A stretch of DNA of 10,257 nt from Candidatus Babeliales bacterium (GCA_044451405.1 JBIOKB010000030.1:1-10257); one strand, 5' to 3'; numbered from the stretch's first letter, positions 1 to 6,322 are shown. Made by a program: numbers and translations. The notes: a model not told the origin generated them from the letters alone.

Positions 1-138
1 CGGGATTTTATTGGACAAGGGTTTACCTTGTGTCGCGATGCGGCAGAGAAGCGGCACGTGTTGGAACGCATGGGATTATCTGCACAACACATAGATAACA
101 TTATTGCTGAATCTCATGCCGTGTGTAAGTTAGAGTAG
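1..138 (+). CDS. 3' end of an unidentified protein entering from the left edge (…RDFIGQGFTLCRDAAEKRHVLERMGLSAQHIDNIIAESHAVCKLE*)
   Basis: Frame +1 is open from base 1 to TAG at 136-138 and reads as plausible helical protein. It overlaps the 3' end of the convergent ORF 114-1178 by 25 nt. No family recognised. Confidence 0.5.
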   Translation, partial: RDFIGQGFTLCRDAAEKRHVLERMGLSAQHIDNIIAESHAVCKLE

Positions 139-1178
139 AATAATTTTGCCCAGGGTAACCCAAGTGTTGCTGCTAAGCTTGCAAAAGCAAGACGCGTACA
201 ACATTGTTTTCTGCGATTTGCAGCTGTTCGTTCTTGTTTAATTTCAGCTAAATCATACATGTTTTGTAGGTTCACCCGCATACTCGTAGGCAATGATTTA
301 TGAGTTCTGAATTGTTCTGGAGTAAGATGTATTTCTGCAGTGTTGCGTTCTGCAAGATTACGTGCTCGTGTATGATACAAGTTTGTTATGTATTTAAGTT
401 GTTTATCAGATAACTTTTCAAGTTCTGCAAATTTTGCATCATGAACTTTAAACAGCGTAGTACCATTTGAGTAGTAAAGCGCATAAAATTGGTTACGTGA
501 TGATAAAAAATGCATTGGTTGTCGCTGTGTAGAAAGTAGAGGGGTTAGCTGAACATCTGTTCCTGTATTTCGGTGACCATTAACAACTGAATACATAAAT
601 CTGATGAAGGGAGCACCTTCATAACTAATTCTACGTTCTCCTTCCCAATATGATGAACCCATATAATAGAGTTTATCAGCTAACGCAATAGTAGCTGGAA
701 GTTCGCCAGTAGCTACCCATAACTCTCTGAGCCGATGAATCTCATCAAGTGTTACTCTGTTTATTTTCATCTGTGCTATACGATCGAAAATTAATCCATC
801 GTCTACCCACTCAATAACTGCAGGAATAAGTTGCTCCATATTCATTCCCACAAATCGTTTTTTGCGATTCTCTTCATCTGCAAAACTCCAAATGTGCTCT
901 TGAACATTGGTAGGTAATAAAGCTGCTGCTGTGCGAGCTCCTTCTAAAGAACCTGTATTTTTTGCAACTGCATGCGCTATAATTTCTTCACTCTGTTCTG
1001 CTATCGCATCGCGCGCAGCTATAACATCCAAATCTTCTTTCAATTCTTCATCTGTAGCGAATGCACTTCGCTCCATTTTTGTTTTTCGCTCTTTTTGAAA
1101 TTGAGCGTCTTCATCCATGGCATATAATCCCGGGATAAAAATAAATAGACCAAGCATTAATTTAAATAAAAATTTCAT
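114..1178 (-). CDS. Hypothetical exported protein (354 aa): signal peptide, F-box-like motif, C-terminal hydrophobic anchor; putative host-directed effector
   Basis: Long ORF. Sec-like N-terminus MKFLFKLMLGLFIFIPGLYA|MD, motif LLPTNVQEHIWSF (aa 87-99) and hydrophobic tail LAFASLAATLGLPW. Its start overlaps the upstream gene's stop (ATGA, 1175-1178). Confidence 0.85.
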   Translation of the reverse strand: MKFLFKLMLGLFIFIPGLYAMDEDAQFQKERKTKMERSAFATDEELKEDLDVIAARDAIAEQSEEIIAHAVAKNTGSLEGARTAAALLPTNVQEHIWSFADEENRKKRFVGMNMEQLIPAVIEWVDDGLIFDRIAQMKINRVTLDEIHRLRELWVATGELPATIALADKLYYMGSSYWEGERRISYEGAPFIRFMYSVVNGHRNTGTDVQLTPLLSTQRQPMHFLSSRNQFYALYYSNGTTLFKVHDAKFAELEKLSDKQLKYITNLYHTRARNLAERNTAEIHLTPEQFRTHKSLPTSMRVNLQNMYDLAEIKQERTAANRRKQCCTRLAFASLAATLGLPWAKLFYSNLHTA

Positions 1179-2065
1179 GATAATTTTCCCTGTTGACGTA
1201 ATTGGTCAAATAACCATTTAAATTCGGTAAATAGCTCATCAAGTCTAGGACCATGGATATATGCAACTACAAGATCATCTACACCTCGAGTAAACGCATC
1301 TGAACGATGTGCAACAAGAGCTTGCTTTATGCGTTTACGATGTTCATCAAAGGCAAGAAGCATCATGCATGCGCAAGCACGCTTGTCATCGCTAGAATGT
1401 TCCAGATTACGTAGGGATCTATCGTAAAGTGCATCAAGGCATGTCTGTCCATGTGAACTCGGTCCCGGGAAATTACGGATAGCACAATCAGCGCCACGTT
1501 CTAATAGCAAGAGCACAAAATCTTTAGGCGATGTTTTAGGACGCGATTCCATAAGACGATGGAGTGGTGTATCACCGCATCCATCTTGAGCATTAACATC
1601 CGCTCCATGGTCAAGCAATAAACGAAAGCTTGGTATGCTTATTTTTTCCTGGTCAACCAAACTACAATACAAATGAAGAATAGTTCTTTTATCAAAATCG
1701 AAACTATTTATATTCGCTTTACTATCAAGTAATAATTTTAGAATGGCAGGATCAAAAGCATAGCGTATTGCTGTTCCACCGTACGATGTTCGTGCATTCA
1801 CATCAGCTTTTGCAACTAATAATTCCTGCACTTTTTCAATATCTTTATCGTCCACCATTGCTCGTCTGAGCTTATCTGCTTGCTCCGTTTGTTCTGGACT
1901 CTGTTTTATTAATTGACTTCTTGCCGCATTAACAGTATCTATTCTCTCATTTTGTTGCGCACTTCGCGCTCTTTTAGTTTCTTGCTCTTTATCAAATTGT
2001 TTGTCCATGGCATACAGCCCGGGGGTCAGAAGTAATCCGAGTATTAATTTACCTATAATTTTCAT
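1175..2065 (-). CDS. Ankyrin-repeat protein with N-terminal signal peptide (296 aa)
   Basis: About 4-5 ankyrin repeats: LLVAKADVNARTSYGGTAI, LLLDSKANINSFDFDKRTILH, LLLDHGADVNAQDGCGDTPLH, LLLERGAD…GQTCLD. Signal-like MKIIGKLILGLLLTPGLYA|MD. AGGAGG Shine-Dalgarno just upstream. Confidence 0.92.
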   Translation of the reverse strand: MKIIGKLILGLLLTPGLYAMDKQFDKEQETKRARSAQQNERIDTVNAARSQLIKQSPEQTEQADKLRRAMVDDKDIEKVQELLVAKADVNARTSYGGTAIRYAFDPAILKLLLDSKANINSFDFDKRTILHLYCSLVDQEKISIPSFRLLLDHGADVNAQDGCGDTPLHRLMESRPKTSPKDFVLLLLERGADCAIRNFPGPSSHGQTCLDALYDRSLRNLEHSSDDKRACACMMLLAFDEHRKRIKQALVAHRSDAFTRGVDDLVVAYIHGPRLDELFTEFKWLFDQLRQQGKLS

Positions 2066-2069
2066 ATAT

Positions 2070-2075
2070 CCTCCT
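2070..2075 (-). promoter_or_regulatory. Shine-Dalgarno AGGAGG for the ankyrin gene
   Basis: cctcct on + strand = AGGAGG on - strand, 4 nt before the ATG at 2065. Confidence 0.75.
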
Positions 2076-2111
2076 AAGATATAAATATCCTAATTAAACC
2101 TATATTTTACC

Positions 2112-2140
2112 ATTATATTTCTTATTTGTAATAATGTAAA
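2112..2140 (-). promoter_or_regulatory. Sigma70-like promoter for the ankyrin/hypothetical operon
   Basis: On the - strand: TTTACA (2140-2135), 17 bp spacer, TATAAT (2117-2112). Near-consensus and 46 nt upstream of the start codon. Confidence 0.65.
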
Positions 2141-2170
2141 ATGGTGGACCAAGCCACCCCCTCCTACCAC

Positions 2171-2198
2171 TTGCAGAAATTCAATTAGGCATTACTAT
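2171..2198 (+). promoter_or_regulatory. Possible sigma70-like promoter for ORF 2263-3336
   Basis: TTGCAG (2171-2176), 16 bp spacer, TACTAT (2193-2198). SD-like AGAGGT at 2251-2256. Confidence 0.45.
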
Positions 2199-2262
2199 TA
2201 GAAATAGATAGGTATAAAAGCCCTTTTTGGGGCAAATTACTCATAAATGAAGAGGTTATATC

Positions 2263-3336
2263 ATGAAATGTAAAACTATTGCTCTCCTCGTAGCAGGTAT
2301 CCAACTTTTCCAGCCACTTACATCACAGGCTATGCATACCGATAATCCCTATAAAACACTCGCTCATCTTGGTTTTATTGGAACAAGCCTTGGGGTTTTA
2401 GGCTCTTTCCTGGGTTTGCGCTATTACCAAAGTCAGCAGGCTGGCAAACAAGCAGCAGACGAGGTTAGGGATCAGTTACCTGGCGATGTACGCGGCATTA
2501 TAGGGTCATTTTTAGTAGGGGATGCTCCTCTTGCCCATGATGAAAAGCTTCAATTTTTACCCGCTATTTTACCTATCAACAAGAAGACCGTTGATACAGC
2601 TCTCCAAAAAACTATTGATGCAAATAAAAAGCGCATAGCCGCACTCAGATCAGAACTTGAAGCGCTACACGATCTTCTTGAAGGATTACAAACAAAATAC
2701 ACAGAACCTGTAGCTATTCCCCTGTATGCTCATGTACTTTCATCACGCATTGATCGCAATACACGAGAAATAGATCTTGCTGATATTCAGCGTAAAAATA
2801 TCCATGCGCAACTATTTATCAAAGATCAAACACCATTGCATACCATTCTTGGAGAACCGTTATTTCCCGGAGAAGTAGCGTTTATCGGTTACTCTGATGG
2901 CAGCGTTGACATCGAATTAACTGATGCAGACACTCAAATCATCAAAAATTTATCTGAAAAAGAACGTACCATGTTACGTACATTCTATGTACCACGCATT
3001 GATCACGGCATGACTGTATATCAAAAAACGTTAACGCGTAGAGAATGGTCTGCATTTCAAAGAGTTTTTAATGATGAAAAAAAGAGAACCTGTGTTAATC
3101 GGTATTACAATTTTCAAGTAGAAGGCGGTCAACATATTCCTAGATGGAAAGCTGCAATGTTTGGAGCAGTAGGGATAGCAATGTATTTGGGAGGTATAGC
3201 TATAATAACTAACTTCAGATGGCGGATAAAAATGCATAGAAAATATCCTGATTTTTATAAAATGCCTTCATGTACCTGGCTTGATGTCCCGATTCTAGAA
3301 ATATACAAACTCTTATCTGGGACATACCAAAAATAA
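2263..3336 (+). CDS. Hypothetical exported/membrane protein (357 aa): signal peptide, TM helix, F-box-like motif, coiled segment, C-terminal TM; distant paralog of 114-1178
   Basis: Signal-like MKCKTIALLVAGIQLFQPLTSQA|MH. Hydrophobic aa ~33-52 and ~295-316. LPGDVRGIIGSFL (aa 72-84). Ungapped similarity to the C-terminal domain of 114-1178. Confidence 0.85.
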   Translation: MKCKTIALLVAGIQLFQPLTSQAMHTDNPYKTLAHLGFIGTSLGVLGSFLGLRYYQSQQAGKQAADEVRDQLPGDVRGIIGSFLVGDAPLAHDEKLQFLPAILPINKKTVDTALQKTIDANKKRIAALRSELEALHDLLEGLQTKYTEPVAIPLYAHVLSSRIDRNTREIDLADIQRKNIHAQLFIKDQTPLHTILGEPLFPGEVAFIGYSDGSVDIELTDADTQIIKNLSEKERTMLRTFYVPRIDHGMTVYQKTLTRREWSAFQRVFNDEKKRTCVNRYYNFQVEGGQHIPRWKAAMFGAVGIAMYLGGIAIITNFRWRIKMHRKYPDFYKMPSCTWLDVPILEIYKLLSGTYQK

Positions 3337-3370
3337 ACATAAACACCTATAAATTTTCTTGAACTATGTA

Positions 3371-3399
3371 TTCTCACAATCCTAATATCTCGGTACACT
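3371..3399 (+). promoter_or_regulatory. Possible promoter for rodA
   Basis: TTCTCA (3371-3376), 17 bp spacer, TACACT (3394-3399). Confidence 0.3.
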
Positions 3400-3433
3400 A
3401 ACGAGGTCTCCAAACCCCTTTAAGCTAAAAACC

Positions 3434-4543
3434 ATGTTTCTATTAGACCGCCGTTACCTTGCCTCCTTTGACTGGATGAGCCTACTCATCAGCATCACCC
3501 TTGCAAGTATTGGCGTTATTTTTGTTTTTAGTGCTACGTATACACAAGAAGAACCCTATTCAATTTTTTTCAAAAAACAGCTTTTTGGCGTCCTCTCTGG
3601 GCTTATTATTTATGGCATTTTTTGCTTTACCGATTTTAGAACGCTCACGCGCTGGGGGTACTTTGCCTACTACGGCGTTATTCTTCTCCTCATTTTTACG
3701 ATTATTAAAGGCAGTATTGGCATGGGTGGACAGCGGTGGATTAATCTTGGATTTATGAAATTTCAACCATCTGAGTTAGCAAAATTATTATTCCCTGCAT
3801 ACACCATCTATTATCTGTACACCGGAAACAATCATCAGCGCCTTACCATGCATGATTTTACTCCCGTGCTTATTATGCTTGGCATCAGCTTTATTCTTAT
3901 CAGAAAGCAACCTGATTTAGGAACCGCACTTCTTTTATTATTTTCAGCCATTATTTTGTTGTGGCTTGCGGGGATTAATCGTGCTTTTTTTATTATAACC
4001 ATGAGCATTGGGTGTATTGGTGCACCTATTTTGTGGAGCAGTTTAAAAGAGTATCAAAAGCAGCGCATCTTGGTATTTTTGGGGCACGGCGACGTGCGCA
4101 AAGAGCGCTACCAGCTTGAACAATCAAAAATTGCTATCGGTTCCGGTGGATTATGGGGCAAAGGATTTTTACAAGGCACCCAAAACAAATTACAATTTTT
4201 GCCCGAAAGCCGCACTGATTTTATTTTTTCTGTCATTGCAGAAGAGATGGGGTTGTGTGGCACGCTCTGCATTTTAGTGCTCTACATTTTATTGTTTGTG
4301 CGCTTACTCACGATTATCGCCACCATTCGCTCGCTGAGCATTCAGTTACTTGCACTCGGTGTTGTCCTTCATATTATGCTATCAACATTAATTAACATCG
4401 GCATGGTTATCGGCTTGCTCCCCATTGTTGGCATACCGCTACCATTTATTAGTTATGGATTGAGCAACTTGTGGATCACCTTTGCAAGCCTTGGCTGGTT
4501 TAATAGCATTGCCATGAGGCGTTTTTATATTAATAATACGTAA
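3434..4543 (+). CDS. rodA: Rod shape-determining protein RodA (SEDS-family peptidoglycan glycosyltransferase)
   Basis: SEDS motifs GGQRWINLG, FQPSELAK, QPDLGTA, YQLEQSKIAIGSGG, FLPESRTDFIFSVIAEEMG, GIPLPFISYG, with many TM helices. YQKQRI…FL and GTQ..LQFLPE are RodA-like rather than FtsW-like. Confidence 0.9.
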   Translation: MFLLDRRYLASFDWMSLLISITLASIGVIFVFSATYTQEEPYSIFFKKQLFGVLSGLIIYGIFCFTDFRTLTRWGYFAYYGVILLLIFTIIKGSIGMGGQRWINLGFMKFQPSELAKLLFPAYTIYYLYTGNNHQRLTMHDFTPVLIMLGISFILIRKQPDLGTALLLLFSAIILLWLAGINRAFFIITMSIGCIGAPILWSSLKEYQKQRILVFLGHGDVRKERYQLEQSKIAIGSGGLWGKGFLQGTQNKLQFLPESRTDFIFSVIAEEMGLCGTLCILVLYILLFVRLLTIIATIRSLSIQLLALGVVLHIMLSTLINIGMVIGLLPIVGIPLPFISYGLSNLWITFASLGWFNSIAMRRFYINNT

Positions 4544-4556
4544 TTCATCATAACCC

Positions 4557-4589
4557 TTGTTTAAGCGTACCAATTTTGATACGTTTAAA
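4557..4589 (+). promoter_or_regulatory. Toxin-antitoxin promoter overlapped by a palindromic operator
   Basis: TTGTTT (4557-4562), 17 bp spacer, TACGTT (4580-4585) with extended TG at 4577-4578. Inverted repeat TTTAAGCGTACCAA-tt-TTGATACGTTTAAA (4560-4589), 12 of 14 positions paired. Confidence 0.7.
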
Positions 4590-4607
4590 ATAAATTAAAG
4601 GGTAAGC

Positions 4608-4973
4608 ATGGCTGAATATAATATTAAGAAAATCCTTGAAGTAATCTTTTATGCCGAACTTTCTGGAAATGAACCAGTACGCGAATGGTTGAAAGAACTA
4701 AAAGTAGAGGATAGAAAAAAAATTGGGAATGACATTATGGTTGTTGAATACAATTGGCCAGTTGGCATGCCATTAGTAAAGCCGCTAACTAAAGGATTAC
4801 GGGAAGTCAGAACTACTTTGGACAATAGAATTGCACGAGTAATTTTTTTGATAAAAAACAAGAACATGGTACTTCTTCATGGATTTATCAAAAAAACAGA
4901 ACAAACTCCTATACAAGACCTAAGGCTAGCAGAAAAAAGAGCTTCTCTATTTTTAAATAAAAGAAAGAGATAA
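4608..4973 (+). CDS. Type II toxin, RelE/ParE superfamily (HigB / phage Gp49-like)
   Basis: Family-typical FY…SGNEPVREWL, WPVGMPLVKPL..GLREVR, IARVIF, MVLLHGFIKKTEQTP..DL.LA. Sits directly upstream of an HTH gene. Confidence 0.9.
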   Translation: MAEYNIKKILEVIFYAELSGNEPVREWLKELKVEDRKKIGNDIMVVEYNWPVGMPLVKPLTKGLREVRTTLDNRIARVIFLIKNKNMVLLHGFIKKTEQTPIQDLRLAEKRASLFLNKRKR

Positions 4974-4975
4974 AA

Positions 4976-5266
4976 ATGAAAAAGAAAAAAAATCCACATT
5001 TAGGTTCAACTTTCGAATCATTTCTCAAAGAAGAAGGTATCTTTGATGAAGTACGAGCAGGTGCAATGAAACAAATTATTGCACAGCGAATTTTAGCGGA
5101 AATGGAAAAGAAACATATTACCCAAACTGATCTTGCAAAACTCATGAAAACAAGTCGAGCCGCTATAAAACGACTTTTAGATCCTAAAAATGTCTCAGTA
5201 ACATTGCTTACATTAAACAAAGCAGCTGCAGCCCTTGGCAGAGAAATAGAAATAAAAATTAAATAG
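4976..5266 (+). CDS. XRE-family HTH antitoxin (HigA-like)
   Basis: NPHLGSTFESFLKEEG N-terminus and HTH ITQTDLAKLMKTSRAAIKRLLDP…VTLLTLNKAAAALG. Starts 2 nt after the toxin stop. Confidence 0.9.
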   Translation: MKKKKNPHLGSTFESFLKEEGIFDEVRAGAMKQIIAQRILAEMEKKHITQTDLAKLMKTSRAAIKRLLDPKNVSVTLLTLNKAAAALGREIEIKIK

Positions 5267-5282
5267 CATAAGAAAGTCCATC

Positions 5283-6305
5283 ATGGATGAAATGCAAAGC
5301 CTTGGCGCCTTATCGTTACACGAAACCGTTGAAGAGCGCTCGCACGATTTTTGTCCAAAAACCTTTGATGACTATTTAGGACAAAAAGAACTTAAAGAAA
5401 AACTACACGTCTACACACAAGCAGCAAAAATGCGCAACGAGCCGTTAGATCACTTGCTCCTTTTTGGCCCTCCTGGACTTGGCAAAACAACGTTATCGCA
5501 AATTATGGCGCACGTTATGGGTGTTGGCATTAAAATTTGCAGCGGCCCCATGATGGAACGCACCGGCGATTTAGTTGCAATTCTTTCCAGCCTTGAACCA
5601 AAAGATATATTATTCATTGATGAAATTCATCGCATGCCCGCCACCGTAGAAGAAGTGCTGTATAGCGCTATGGAACATTTTCGTGTCGATGTCATCATCG
5701 GCCAGGGCGCTGGCGCAAAATCAATTAATTTGCCGATTAATCCATTTACACTTGTTGGTGCAACCACAAAAAGCGGCTCTATCTCTGCACCCTTACGCTC
5801 CCGTTTTGGCATTAGTGAGCGGCTAGAATTTTATAATGATGAAGATTTACAGGCCATTATTTTACAGAGCGCCCGCTTTCTTGAACTACCCTTAGCTGAT
5901 GAACCAGCACTGACTATTGCACGCTGTGCACGGGGCACGCCACGTATTGCAAAAAAATTACTCCGCCGCGTACGTGATTTTGCACAAGTTACCAATAAGA
6001 ATATTGCTGATTTAGCCCTGGTGCAGGAAGCACTCCAGTTTTTAGGTATTAACAACGAAGGGCTTACCAAAATTGATATCATGCTCCTGCGCACCATCGT
6101 TGAACAATTTAACGGCGGCCCAGTCGGACTTGAAACGTTAGCGTCAGTCATCGGGGAAGATAAAGATACTATTGAAGCGGTCTATGAACCCTTTTTACTC
6201 CAGAAGGGCTATCTTGAAAAAACAGCACGCGGGCGGCAGATACCCTATAAGAGATTGCCTCTCTTAAAGCAGCAGTTCCTAGGGCAAGGGCATTTGCCTA
6301 CTTAA
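5283..6305 (+). CDS. ruvB: Holliday junction branch migration helicase RuvB
   Basis: LDHLLLFGPPGLGKTTL (Walker A), ILFIDEIHR (Walker B), PFTLVGATT, PLRSRFG, RGTPRIA..LLRRVRD, GGPVGL, YEPFLLQ.G…TARGR. Confidence 0.98.
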   Translation: MDEMQSLGALSLHETVEERSHDFCPKTFDDYLGQKELKEKLHVYTQAAKMRNEPLDHLLLFGPPGLGKTTLSQIMAHVMGVGIKICSGPMMERTGDLVAILSSLEPKDILFIDEIHRMPATVEEVLYSAMEHFRVDVIIGQGAGAKSINLPINPFTLVGATTKSGSISAPLRSRFGISERLEFYNDEDLQAIILQSARFLELPLADEPALTIARCARGTPRIAKKLLRRVRDFAQVTNKNIADLALVQEALQFLGINNEGLTKIDIMLLRTIVEQFNGGPVGLETLASVIGEDKDTIEAVYEPFLLQKGYLEKTARGRQIPYKRLPLLKQQFLGQGHLPT

Positions 6306-6322
6306 TCCATTATGGGTACTAT
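6294..6322 (+). promoter_or_regulatory. Sigma70-like promoter for the 106-aa orphan, overlapping the ruvB 3' end
   Basis: TTGCCT (6294-6299), 17 bp spacer, TACTAT (6317-6322). Confidence 0.55.

Noticed and set aside
907-1098. 63-aa + strand ORF
   Set aside because: Antisense shadow inside the longer, better-supported ORF 114-1178.
2220-2233. GCCC-TTTTTG-GGGC mini hairpin in the 5' UTR of ORF 2263
   Set aside because: The stem is only about 4-5 bp with no following U-tract; too weak to call a terminator or riboswitch.
3031-3237. 68-aa - strand ORF
   Set aside because: Antisense to ORF 2263-3336, with no RBS or motif.
3501-3766. Two short ORFs inside rodA
   Set aside because: Alternative-frame or antisense shadows of a conserved gene.
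4649-5220. Two - strand ORFs over the TA pair
   Set aside because: Antisense shadows; their F/I-rich composition simply mirrors the A-rich sense strand.
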